Shown here one piece after another: positions 43,107 through 51,727 of a stretch of DNA of 64,000 bases. The notes beneath the pieces are model-generated. The model worked only from the letters and a program-made list of their open reading frames with translations, was not told where the DNA came from and searched no databases. The translations under genes and the position numbers were made by a program. Origin of the DNA: a virus (taxonomy: Duplodnaviria > Caudoviricetes); the IMG/VR virus record IMGVR_UViG_3300047160_007353, positions 1-64,000 of that record; one strand, written 5' to 3'. Within the stretch, counting starts at the first letter, position 1. Each line of letters opens with the position of its first letter.

Positions 43107-43129
43107 TGAAACCTCAAATCGAGGCTTCA
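43107..43129. promoter_or_regulatory. 23-bp quasi-palindrome, copy 4 (divergent intergenic region)
   Basis: TGAAACCTCAAATCGAGGCTTCA. Confidence 0.8.
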
Positions 43130-43209
43130 GCAATTTATAGATCATTCCGGGGGGTAGGTAAATTGCCGGAGTGAAAGGACGCGATCTTTCCCTGCTCTGC
43201 CGGTGACCA

Positions 43210-44388
43210 ATGCCAGATCTTCCCCAGGACACTTCCTCTTCCGCCGCTTCCGCCGGCTTGGCCGAACTTCAGGCTTCGTCCAACGCCATCATGGCTCAGG
43301 ACTCCATTGCTCAGGGGTCACGCAGCGACGCTGCTGCTTCTCAGGTCGAAGGCACCCGCGATGTCCAGTTCACCCCCGAGCCCGACTCCGGGATCGCCGC
43401 TGGCGCCGTGGGAGGCGCTGGGAGCGCTGGTGCTTCTGGAGTCGCTCAGCTCCAGCCAGAAAGCGAGTGGGAGTCCGTCCAGGACGTCGCCCGCTCCCTC
43501 GGATACCAGTCCAACCAGAACTTTGCCGACGATCGAGCCTTCCTCCTCCACCTCCTCAATCGCGACCGTGCCACCCAGGAAGCCGATTACTACAGTCAGC
43601 TCGGACGGCAGCTCGCCCCGCACTACCAGGGCATCCAGAGCTACCTCGGTCAAAGGCAGGCACAGGCTCAGGCTCCGGCCGCGACCCCCGAGTGGGAAGC
43701 TCCTGAGTTCGACCCCCGATGGATGGACCTCGTGCAGCGAGATCCTGGAACGGGAGTCTACCTGGCTCGGCCAGGGGTCAATCCACTGATCGCGGACAAG
43801 GTCAATAGCTACGACCAGTGGTTCAGTAAGTACGGCCACAACCCCCTCGCCGCCGTCCGCCCGATGCTTCAGGCCGAACTCCCCAATATCATCGGCCAGC
43901 AGATCCGCCAGGAACTTGCAAGCTTCCGGCGGGAGCAGACGGTGAACTCCATCGTCGAGCGGAACAGCGAGTGGATGTATCAGCATAACAACGGCCGCCC
44001 CGTGATCGGCGTCGGCGGGCAGCTCGTCCCCACGCCCCAGGGCCTCCGCTACGGCCAGATCGTACAGCAGCTCGAACAGGGTGGGATGAACAACCCGGTG
44101 GCCGTGGACCAGATCGCCCGCAACATGCTGTTGGGGGAGATGGCGATCGCGAGCCAGCAAGGTTCCCATCCCGCCCCGCCTCTTGCACAGCAGAACAACG
44201 CCCTCGCCTCTTCGGGCGCCCAACGCAACGTGCTCCAGAGCCTTCCCCCTCAGCAGAGAGCGACGACTCCCGGAGCAACCGAGCCTGCACAGACCGGCAT
44301 GTCCTTGCACGACATGCTTCACAGCGCGTTTGAGTCAGCCGGCTATACCGACGCCGATTTCAGTGACCCCAGTCGTTTCATGAGTTGA
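43210..44388 (+). CDS. Capsid scaffolding protein (putative)
   Basis: 392 aa, Gln/Ala-rich and helical, immediately upstream of the major capsid gene. Confidence 0.6.
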   Translation: MPDLPQDTSSSAASAGLAELQASSNAIMAQDSIAQGSRSDAAASQVEGTRDVQFTPEPDSGIAAGAVGGAGSAGASGVAQLQPESEWESVQDVARSLGYQSNQNFADDRAFLLHLLNRDRATQEADYYSQLGRQLAPHYQGIQSYLGQRQAQAQAPAATPEWEAPEFDPRWMDLVQRDPGTGVYLARPGVNPLIADKVNSYDQWFSKYGHNPLAAVRPMLQAELPNIIGQQIRQELASFRREQTVNSIVERNSEWMYQHNNGRPVIGVGGQLVPTPQGLRYGQIVQQLEQGGMNNPVAVDQIARNMLLGEMAIASQQGSHPAPPLAQQNNALASSGAQRNVLQSLPPQQRATTPGATEPAQTGMSLHDMLHSAFESAGYTDADFSDPSRFMS

Positions 44389-44401
44389 GGAGTGAACTTC
44401 A

Positions 44402-45514
44402 ATGGCAATCCCCTGGAGTAGAGTCCTTAACTCTACCATCAAGAATTACATTCGTGAGCGCGAAGTGAACGTGCTCAGGAATCGTAAATTGACCGCGCTC
44501 CTGAAGAAGAGAGGTCGTCTCTCCTTCAACTGGAGCGGGTATAAGATGGACTGGAAGGTCAAGTACCGACGCGTCCGTCTTACTCCGTTTGCTGACGGCG
44601 ACACCCTGACCTTCGACCGCAAGGACCGGCACAAGACCGCCGAAGTCGATTGGCGCGGTTATAGCCTCACGGACTCCATGACCAAGGGCGAGTTCCTCCA
44701 GAACCGCTCCAAAGAGGCCATCATCAAGTTGTACTCAACAATATCTGTCGATCTGATGGATGATGCTGAGGACTTCTTCGGTGAAGAGTTCTACATCAAT
44801 GGAAACTTGGCTGCGAACGCCAAGCGAATCCATGGCCTCGAAACCTTCCTGGCGGCCAACTCGGTGGTCGGGAACGGTGCTGGCGCCCCGACCGCGACCT
44901 ACGCCGGCCTCTCCTGCGTGCCCGGCTTCTACGGTGGCACCTGGACTGGTGGGACGATCAACGGGACCGCAGTAACGTGGCCCAACGGCTTCGGCGATCC
45001 CCAATACGACTTCTGGAGCCCGATCGTCGTGGACTACGGCGACACGCTCTTCCCCGGCACCGGCTCCGGCAACCACACGTGGTCGAACAACTGCGTGGAG
45101 GCCGTCGCCTTCGGGATCATCAAGAGCAAGAAATCCAAGAGCGCCCGCGGCATGCTCGACGTCATCTTCCTGAATGACGAACTCTACCGCGAGTATCTCA
45201 CCCAGGCCCGTACGTCGCAGCGGATCATGGTCGACCGAGGCCAGGCATCGGGCTTGGTTCAGTTGGGATTTCTTGATGTAATTAACCAGGATGGTGTTGA
45301 TCTGACGTGGGAGTATGGTACCCCGTCGGGCGTTGGCTACGGCTTCAACATCGACATGATGGAGCTTCGGTCGATGCAGGCTCAGGTGTTCGTGCCGGAA
45401 GGCCCCGACTTCGACATCGGCACCAAGAGCTGGCGGTTCTCGATCGACATGTATGGAAACGTCGTATACAATCCCAAGTTCTTCGTCAAGTTCGCGCAGC
45501 TCACAGGTCCCTGA
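44402..45514 (+). CDS. Major capsid protein (HK97 fold)
   Basis: 370 aa; DGDTLTF...AEVDWRGYS.TDSMTKGEFLQNRSKEAIIKL...FYINGN pattern of a podovirus-type MCP family; very high C/G3 bias. Confidence 0.8.
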   Translation: MAIPWSRVLNSTIKNYIREREVNVLRNRKLTALLKKRGRLSFNWSGYKMDWKVKYRRVRLTPFADGDTLTFDRKDRHKTAEVDWRGYSLTDSMTKGEFLQNRSKEAIIKLYSTISVDLMDDAEDFFGEEFYINGNLAANAKRIHGLETFLAANSVVGNGAGAPTATYAGLSCVPGFYGGTWTGGTINGTAVTWPNGFGDPQYDFWSPIVVDYGDTLFPGTGSGNHTWSNNCVEAVAFGIIKSKKSKSARGMLDVIFLNDELYREYLTQARTSQRIMVDRGQASGLVQLGFLDVINQDGVDLTWEYGTPSGVGYGFNIDMMELRSMQAQVFVPEGPDFDIGTKSWRFSIDMYGNVVYNPKFFVKFAQLTGP

Positions 45515-45529
45515 TCCTAGTGGTTAGCT

Positions 45530-45718
45530 ATGCCATACAAGATCAAAGACTCGGGGGGTGGATTCAAGGTAACCAGCCCCAATCACCCCCAGGGCTTCTC
45601 CAAGAAGCCGCAAAGCAAGGAGATGGCCATCAAGCAGATGGTGGCCATCAAGATGCACGACAAGGAGCACGGAGGAGAGAAGCCCGCCAAGAAGGTGGGA
45701 GTAAGAAAGGGTAAGTAG
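45530..45718 (+). CDS. Small basic protein
   Basis: MPYKIK...FKV...SKKPQSKEMAIKQMVAI pattern, Lys-rich. Confidence 0.6.
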   Translation: MPYKIKDSGGGFKVTSPNHPQGFSKKPQSKEMAIKQMVAIKMHDKEHGGEKPAKKVGVRKGK

Positions 45719-45722
45719 TCCT

Positions 45723-46088
45723 ATGGCCAAGCGAGTTGGCGTCAGGAACATGTCGAAGGATGTCGCCACCGGTCACGCGGTGGATGGCTCCTATCGCCAC
45801 GTCTCGCCCGAGGAGACTCGCGGCCACGATCCCGACACGGAGGGCACCGGGACCGAGAAGGCTTACTGCTCGATGTGTGACTGCAAAGGCCACACGTACA
45901 TGGCTCATATGAACGAGTCCATGAGCGCCGGCGACGGCGAAGACAGTGGGTCTGGCGTTGCCAAGGAGCAGAACAAGGCATCCCAGTACGGTTGGGCGAA
46001 CAACGAATACGAGGGCAGCACCGGTTACTCTGGATACAAGCTCCCCGGCGAGCGGGGTAGCAAGTCCGCAGTTCGCATTTTCGGCTAA
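45723..46088 (+). CDS. Hypothetical protein
   Basis: 121 aa, Gly/Ser/Glu-rich, in the capsid operon. Confidence 0.5.
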   Translation: MAKRVGVRNMSKDVATGHAVDGSYRHVSPEETRGHDPDTEGTGTEKAYCSMCDCKGHTYMAHMNESMSAGDGEDSGSGVAKEQNKASQYGWANNEYEGSTGYSGYKLPGERGSKSAVRIFG

Positions 46089-46108
46089 TAAGCCGAGGAG
46101 CTTTTGCA

Positions 46109-46747
46109 ATGGGTCGTCTACAGGACGCACCGTTCCCGAGAGGCGGGACCTACTTCAACGGCAACTTCGTGACTGTCCCCACGCCAGATACAAATGAGTT
46201 TCTGGGTGGCTTCAATTATGAAGGTAAGGAGTATTGGATCGAGGACAATGATTCTCCTGGTGGCGGCTACGGCACCGGGATGTTCGTCAAAGTCCGAGTG
46301 GTCCGCAACTCCACCGCCGCCAATATCCTTCCTGGTCAGCTCGTCCAGCTCGACGCCACCAGCCGCGTGCTCGACAGCGCGACGGTCCTTCCCGGGACCA
46401 ACGTCAACACCATCATCCGCACCACGGCGGTCTACGGCTACCCGGCCGACGAGTACCTTCCCGCGGCTGGCGTGATTTCCGGCGACCTCTTCTACGTGGT
46501 CATCGGCGGTCCCTGCCTGATGAAAACCGCTCTCACTGGCACGGTCACGTTGGTGATCGATCAGAAGGTCGTGTCGGGCACCATGGCCGGCACCACCTCC
46601 GCTGACGCTGGCAACGTGGTTGCTCAGGACCTCACCGGCGCGACCGCGACCCTGGGTGCCCAGATCCAGAACGCAGTCGGCCGTGCCATGAGCGCCATGT
46701 CCAGCCAGGGGACCGGCCAGCCGATCCTCGTGAACGTTGGCGCCTAA
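46109..46747 (+). CDS. Capsid decoration/cement protein (putative)
   Basis: 212 aa, beta-rich and Gly/Ala/Val-rich; GDLFYVVIGGP motif; downstream of the MCP. Confidence 0.55.
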   Translation: MGRLQDAPFPRGGTYFNGNFVTVPTPDTNEFLGGFNYEGKEYWIEDNDSPGGGYGTGMFVKVRVVRNSTAANILPGQLVQLDATSRVLDSATVLPGTNVNTIIRTTAVYGYPADEYLPAAGVISGDLFYVVIGGPCLMKTALTGTVTLVIDQKVVSGTMAGTTSADAGNVVAQDLTGATATLGAQIQNAVGRAMSAMSSQGTGQPILVNVGA

Positions 46748-46770
46748 CGGCGCGGTTGGTGCCTAACGGC

Positions 46771-46798
46771 TTGACAGGCTGTGGGCGTGAGCTATAAT
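46771..46798 (+). promoter_or_regulatory. Consensus sigma70 promoter
   Basis: TTGACA (46771-46776), 16-nt spacer, TATAAT (46793-46798). Confidence 0.85.
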
Positions 46799-46804
46799 CA
46801 AGAT

Positions 46805-47011
46805 GAAGCGGTCAACGGAATTGCTTGCTCCTTGGCCGCATGTGCGTCGGCGTGCTTAGGCGTTTCTTTGATCAAGGCAAAGCCCGGTTAGTTTCCACAC
46901 GAAGCCGCACGCCGGCGCTTTTTAAGACAGTAAAGTGCAAGTCAGTTAGTTCGGTCAGTCCTCGCGTGGCCCCGTCCCCGAAGGCAAGATGCTTTCGGGG
47001 CGGGGTTTTTT
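46805..47011 (+). ncRNA. Small non-coding RNA with 6S RNA-like architecture (candidate)
   Basis: Bounded by a promoter and a terminator, no credible ORF. Outer stem 46819-46828 / 46937-46947, bubble of 15+18 nt, 12-bp inner stem 46844-46855 / 46907-46918. Confidence 0.6.
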
Positions 47012-47015
47012 CTTT
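46970..47015 (+). terminator. Intrinsic terminator
   Basis: ccccg-t-ccccgaaggc / gctttcggggcgggg stem followed by ttttttcttt. Confidence 0.85.
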
Positions 47016-47133
47016 GTTGTGAGCTAAACTGGAGTGCAGGTGAGGTGCACACCTGTTCTTCACTTCTCGACAGAGCCCTCCTGCACGGTGCTGACTCTCG
47101 TGCAGGAGGGCCTCTTACCCGGAAGCTCACACC

Positions 47134-48168
47134 TTGGAAACGCGATCCTACAAGCTCGCCGCCTGCCGGTTCCCCGGCAACTCCTCCGAACATCCCGCCT
47201 CTGCCGGCTGGTTCGCCACGACCTGGGCCAACACATGGATGAAGGATGACCGGATCTCGGACGTCATCCCCCTCCGTCTGTCCGACACGCCGATCTCGAT
47301 GTCGAGAAACAACATTGTGTGGGCGGCCCTGGAGCACGGAGCCGACTACATCCTCATGCTCGACTCGGACATGAAGCCCGACTGCGAGCCAGACGGCAAA
47401 CCGTTCTGGTCCAGCTCGTGGGACTTCATGATGGAATATCGAGCGCGCGAAGAGGCGTACGCCAGCAACATGAGGGCGGTTCCCTGGACCGACGACTCAG
47501 AATCGATCGAGACTTCGTGCAGGCGGCTCTATCCCCCGGCCACGATCGCCGCGCCGTATTGCGGCCCTCCGCCGTGGGAGGTCGTCTACATGATGAAATG
47601 GGTCCGCGACGAAACGAACTCCCCCACCGACCCCAGGCCCTACCACCTGGAAATGTTCGACCGCGACCACGCCGCCGACTTCACCGGGATCTTCGAGGTA
47701 GCCGCCATGGCCACCGGGCTGATCCTCTATGACGCCCGGGTCTTCAAGGAGCTTCCGCCGCCCTGGTTCTATTACGAATACGAAGACAAGTTCCACAAGA
47801 GGAAGGTGAGCACGGAGGACATCGTCCAGACCCGCAACGCCAGTCTTCTGGGCTTGCCCCAGTATTGCAACTGGGACTCGTGGGCTGCCCACATCAAGCT
47901 GAAGTCTGTGCGCAAGCCGCGCAAACTGGACGTTTCCGCCGTCCCGAACGCCTTCGCCGATGCGGTCCGCAAGGGAACCAGGGGCAATCACAAGGTCGTG
48001 ATCGTTGGAGACAAAGAGGACCAGTTCGAGCGTCCCCGGATCGTACGGCCCGGCTACCCCGACTTCAGCCACCAGGATTCCGGTCTCACCCAGGAGCCCC
48101 CGCCAGCCTTCTTTTTCGGGGCCTCGACGGCTATTCCTGGGCTAAAACTCCCTGAAACCTCAAATTGA
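47134..48168 (+). CDS. GT-A fold glycosyltransferase (GT2-like)
   Basis: RNNIVWAAL..GADYILMLDSD (DxD), ATGLILYDARVF..LPPPWF, STEDIV. Confidence 0.8.
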   Translation: METRSYKLAACRFPGNSSEHPASAGWFATTWANTWMKDDRISDVIPLRLSDTPISMSRNNIVWAALEHGADYILMLDSDMKPDCEPDGKPFWSSSWDFMMEYRAREEAYASNMRAVPWTDDSESIETSCRRLYPPATIAAPYCGPPPWEVVYMMKWVRDETNSPTDPRPYHLEMFDRDHAADFTGIFEVAAMATGLILYDARVFKELPPPWFYYEYEDKFHKRKVSTEDIVQTRNASLLGLPQYCNWDSWAAHIKLKSVRKPRKLDVSAVPNAFADAVRKGTRGNHKVVIVGDKEDQFERPRIVRPGYPDFSHQDSGLTQEPPPAFFFGASTAIPGLKLPETSN

Positions 48169-48175
48169 GGCTTCA
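48153..48175. promoter_or_regulatory. 23-bp quasi-palindrome, copy 5
   Basis: TGAAACCTCAAATTGAGGCTTCA, overlapping the glycosyltransferase stop. Confidence 0.8.
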
Positions 48176-48239
48176 CGCGCAGCAGTGATCTTTACGATCA
48201 CGCACAGCGGGGATCTTGACGATATGGACTAAGGTGCCT

Positions 48240-48524
48240 ATGATTCAAATGTCCGAACGATGTTGCTTCGGACGAGCAAGCAAAGACGAGCACCAAATGG
48301 AGTCCTGGCGAATGCGTACGAAAGAGATCAAGCACCACGGCTGCGGGGACCACGAATTCACAGACGAGGAGATGGACTTCCTTCGGGCGATCGAGAATTT
48401 CAAGCGGGAATCGGGAATCCGGTTTCCCACATGGACGCAGGCGCTCCGATTGCTGAAGCGCCTAGGTTACCAGAGGGTCACTTTCAAGGGCGGCGACGTA
48501 CCAGAGCTTCCCGAGTGCGCGTGA
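48240..48524 (+). CDS. Small protein of a family I associate with Planctomycetes
   Basis: FTDEEMDFLRAIENFKRESGIRFPTWTQALRLLKRLGY. Confidence 0.65.
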   Translation: MIQMSERCCFGRASKDEHQMESWRMRTKEIKHHGCGDHEFTDEEMDFLRAIENFKRESGIRFPTWTQALRLLKRLGYQRVTFKGGDVPELPECA

Positions 48525-48542
48525 CCTGAGAGCGATGAAACA

Positions 48543-48578
48543 GAAAGAGCCAGGAGAAATCAGCCTCCTGGCTCTTTC
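48543..48578. terminator. Bidirectional terminator between convergent operons
   Basis: 14-bp perfect stem gaaagagccaggag / ctcctggctctttc, 8-nt loop. Confidence 0.8.
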
Positions 48579-48609
48579 CTTGCGCTCGACAACAGAGCGT
48601 AACAAAAAA

Positions 48610-48846
48610 TCAGCTACCGGCGCCAGGCGAAACCGGGGGAGCCGGCGAAGAAGGCGCGGACGGTGCGGTTCCATCGATCTTGTGCAGGCCGGCGTCCACG
48701 GCCTCGACGATCTTCTCGCCCAACTCCACGTCCGTCTTGATCGGATCGGGGAGGAACGGGTCAACTTCCTTGGCAACCACGTCCACGTCCTCAAGGACGG
48801 TCTCGGTCACCTTCTCGATTTTCTTCAGAACGTCTGCGAAGCTCAT
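48610..48846 (-). CDS. Small amphipathic protein
   Basis: MSFADVLKKIEKVTETVLEDVDVVAKEVDPF..., Pro-rich tail. Confidence 0.55.
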   Translation of the reverse strand: MSFADVLKKIEKVTETVLEDVDVVAKEVDPFLPDPIKTDVELGEKIVEAVDAGLHKIDGTAPSAPSSPAPPVSPGAGS

Positions 48847-49229
48847 GATCCGTACTCCAGTATGGTTTGAACCAGGTGGATTCCCGGCTGGACGCCAGGA
48901 ACGTGGATGGTGATCACGCTGTCCGCCGGCAAGGGCGGTTGAGGAACAGGGGAGCTTGCACGCGGGAACGGCGAATCCAGGAACCACTGGGCCGTCCGGT
49001 CCGCGGGGGCCGGCACCTGGGCAGGATGCATGCAGTAAACCGCATGAACGCTCTGCGGCCTTACGTCGGTCTGGTTGGTGGACGGAGCCAGGACCACATG
49101 CACGTTGCCGCCGGGTGTCGTGGGGGTTGTATGGAAAACTACCCCGACGCGACCCGTGGTCGTGGGCTCGACTGCCCCGGGCTCGACTACTGATTCGATG
49201 GCGGGGCCGAGGACGTACTCGGTAGCCAT
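48843..49229 (-). CDS. Beta-rich hypothetical protein
   Basis: 128 aa, coupled ORF. Confidence 0.55.
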   Translation of the reverse strand: MATEYVLGPAIESVVEPGAVEPTTTGRVGVVFHTTPTTPGGNVHVVLAPSTNQTDVRPQSVHAVYCMHPAQVPAPADRTAQWFLDSPFPRASSPVPQPPLPADSVITIHVPGVQPGIHLVQTILEYGS

Positions 49230-49408
49230 GACATATCCTTTGGGTAGGTGGCTTTCTCGGTCTCGACGCAGGGGTCACAGACCCACCCGTCGTGTCTCAG
49301 CTCAAACCAGTGGGTGGGCCTGACCTGAAGGCACCTCACGCAGATCTTGGGGCCGAGCCCCTCGACGCCGCTAGCGGGTGGGAAGTAGGTGGCCAACAAG
49401 CAGTCCAA
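49187..49408 (-). CDS. Small CxxC...CxxC protein
   Basis: CVRC...CDPC; overlaps both neighbours, start uncertain. Confidence 0.35.
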   Translation of the reverse strand: MDCLLATYFPPASGVEGLGPKICVRCLQVRPTHWFELRHDGWVCDPCVETEKATYPKDMSWLPSTSSAPPSNQ

Positions 49409-49583
49409 TCCAAAATACGAAGACCAGGGCCGCGGTCGGGTAACGCTCCCAGACCGACTGCCAGATCCGGCTGATGGTCGCGTTCGCCATGAAGGCGTGA
49501 AGGTAGACGTCCACGACCAAGACGAAAAGGCTGGAGACTATGCAGAGCAGGAACACGAGCCTCTCTTCGTTCGTGTTGAGCAT
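49371..49583 (-). CDS. Two-TM membrane protein (holin-like candidate)
   Basis: LVFLLCIVSSLFVLVVDVYL and AALVFVFWIGLLVGHLL hydrophobic segments. Confidence 0.55.
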   Translation of the reverse strand: MLNTNEERLVFLLCIVSSLFVLVVDVYLHAFMANATISRIWQSVWERYPTAALVFVFWIGLLVGHLLPTR

Positions 49584-49594
49584 AGCTCATCCTC

Positions 49595-50362
49595 CTACCA
49601 AGACGGCGGTCCGTGCTGATGGCCCTTCTTTGCCGGGGCAGGCCCGAATCTCTGGGTCGTCCTGCCGTTCCAGTTCGCGCCGCGGGGAGAAACCTGGCTC
49701 TCCAGATGGAGGCAGACCACCTCTGGCAGCAGGATTCGCTTCCGGCGGTCCCATTGCAGGGAGAACTGGATGTCCGTGCGAGCCGCGTCCCCGTGCTCGA
49801 TTGGGTACTTCCGGACGTGGTAGGCGTCCTGGATGATCTGGGAGCCGTGGAAGAGCTGGAAAGCGCCGATGGGCGTGTAGCCGTGGACGCTTGACACGAG
49901 GCGGCTCATCATCGGGTACTCGGGGTGGAACCAGTGTCCCATCTCGTGGAGGTGGTTGTTCCATGCCCCGAGGTGCTTCTTGAGGGCCGTCCATTTGTCC
50001 CACCCCACGACCCTCTGCCGGTCCGCTCCGTAGATGCAGGACGTGTCCAGATGAGCCCACTCCAGCATGTTGCGAAGCTGGCTCGGAAGGACGATATCCG
50101 CGTCGACGTGCAAGATCCAGTCCTGACCGCCGATGGAATCCAGGACCCGGTTGATGAGCCGGGCCTTGTTGAACTTTCCGCCCCGCTTGTGGTCGTCCGA
50201 CATCACATGACGGAGGTTGTGCTTGCGGCAGACCGCCCGAGTTTCCTCGTCGTCCTCGCTGGTGACGACCACCAGCTCGTCCACAAGCGGGAGATTGAAC
50301 GGGAGCGTCTCCTTGAGGAAGTCGCCATAGCCGACACAGACCGTGATGGCTTCCAGTTTCAT
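49595..50362 (-). CDS. GT-A fold glycosyltransferase (GT2-like)
   Basis: ITVCVGYGDFL...VVVTSEDDEET...FNKARLIN...WILHVDADIVLP. Confidence 0.8.
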   Translation of the reverse strand: MKLEAITVCVGYGDFLKETLPFNLPLVDELVVVTSEDDEETRAVCRKHNLRHVMSDDHKRGGKFNKARLINRVLDSIGGQDWILHVDADIVLPSQLRNMLEWAHLDTSCIYGADRQRVVGWDKWTALKKHLGAWNNHLHEMGHWFHPEYPMMSRLVSSVHGYTPIGAFQLFHGSQIIQDAYHVRKYPIEHGDAARTDIQFSLQWDRRKRILLPEVVCLHLESQVSPRGANWNGRTTQRFGPAPAKKGHQHGPPSW

Positions 50363-50449
50363 TTCAGACTTTCACGCTGCAAGAGATACCGGCCTTTCGG
50401 AAACTGCACTCTTCGAGTTCACACGGCTCGAAGTGGATCAATGCCCCGC

Positions 50450-50782
50450 CTAGCTCTTTGCTGGGTCGGTTGCGGCAGGGGGCGAGGGAGGCACCGCCGC
50501 TTTGGAAAAAGCCGACAAGGTAGCCGCCGTAACCTGATCCTTGAACTGCTGAGCAAGCAACTTCAACGCCTCTTCCTTGGCCTCTTGTTCGGCAAACTGA
50601 AGAGCGGCAACGAAAGCCTGGTGGGCTTTGCTGGGTTGACTGGACACGAGAGTAGCTCCTTTGGCTTTGTTGGGGAGAATCGAGGCGCCGATCGAGAGCA
50701 GATCCCCGAGTCCCATCCATCCCTTCAGCCATAGGACCACGAGGAACCCGCTAGCACCGACCACAGCAAGTATAGGGTTCAT
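50450..50782 (-). CDS. Membrane-anchored small protein
   Basis: N-terminal TM segment ILAVVGASGFLVVLWL. Confidence 0.55.
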   Translation of the reverse strand: MNPILAVVGASGFLVVLWLKGWMGLGDLLSIGASILPNKAKGATLVSSQPSKAHQAFVAALQFAEQEAKEEALKLLAQQFKDQVTAATLSAFSKAAVPPSPPAATDPAKS

Positions 50783-51726
50783 AGTGGTTTCACCCTCTTC
50801 TTCGGAATCGCAATCGCTGAGGCCGCCAGGATGACCAGGACGATCAACGCGTGCTTTCCGTCTACGCCGCCGGGAAGTTCTGGCTGAGAAGGCCCTGGGT
50901 CCTTCTTCCTGTCGTAGTTCGGGTCAGCCTTCCTCAGTGCGGTAGCCAGACCTTGCGGTCCTGACGAGTAATCGCTGGCTCTCCAGATCACTCGGCCTTG
51001 CGGGTCCTGGATCACGATGGCTGGCTTGTCCGTCGCTTCGTGGTAACCGAGGTTACCCGATACCTGCCAGTCCGTAGGGGCGAACTCGTTGAACCAAACC
51101 TTGTCCTTGAACTGAGCCAGGTCAGGGTGTTCCCTAAGGTCCTTCGCGACCGCATGCGTGTCGTCTGGATTTCCGATCGCCGTGACGAACAGCTTCTCTG
51201 ATGGTTGCTCATGGTCCTGGACCTTGTCCACGAAATCCACGGATTCACGTGAGTTCGCAGTGTAATGCGGACGCTTGCCTAGATGTCTCGGGTCCACGCC
51301 GAAGTTAATGGATCGATCTGGGCCTCTAGAAGCCCCGTCCTGGGGTTCTCCGGGCTCCGCCTTGGGTCTGGCCTCTCCTGAGTCTCGGGCCGCTCTGGCG
51401 GCCTCCAGGGCGGCCTTGTTGGCCGGCAGCTCGGGGTCCCAGTTAATTAGGCCGTCGGCTTGCTGGAAGCCCCACACTCTAAGGCTTAGTCCCTGGTATC
51501 GGGTTCCGTGCCATCCATACACGGGTCGCTGGTCTCTGGGGTAGAGGATCGGAGGTGGCTGAGCCGGGATATAGATCGGAGCCATCGGAGGAGCCATGGG
51601 CGCCATGGGTGCCATGGGCTGGAAACCACCCATTGGGAAACCGCCCATTCTGAATCCACCGGAAGGGAAGCAGGAACCGCCCGAGCACTGACCAAGTGCG
51701 GCGGCAAGAATCAAAGTCGTAAGCAT
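50779..51726 (-). CDS. Exported protein with signal peptide, possible thioredoxin-like domain and C-terminal TM anchor
   Basis: MLTTLILAAALGQCSGGSC signal; PAIVIQDPQGRVIWR motif; C-terminal ALIVLVILAASAIAIPKKR. Confidence 0.6.
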   Translation of the reverse strand: MLTTLILAAALGQCSGGSCFPSGGFRMGGFPMGGFQPMAPMAPMAPPMAPIYIPAQPPPILYPRDQRPVYGWHGTRYQGLSLRVWGFQQADGLINWDPELPANKAALEAARAARDSGEARPKAEPGEPQDGASRGPDRSINFGVDPRHLGKRPHYTANSRESVDFVDKVQDHEQPSEKLFVTAIGNPDDTHAVAKDLREHPDLAQFKDKVWFNEFAPTDWQVSGNLGYHEATDKPAIVIQDPQGRVIWRASDYSSGPQGLATALRKADPNYDRKKDPGPSQPELPGGVDGKHALIVLVILAASAIAIPKKRVKPL

Positions 51727-51727
51727 G

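Noticed and set aside
41016-48578. GCCAGGAG shared by two terminator stems and resembling the 39.7-kb repeat unit
   Set aside because: Only 7-8 bp in GC-rich DNA; no independent support for a link.
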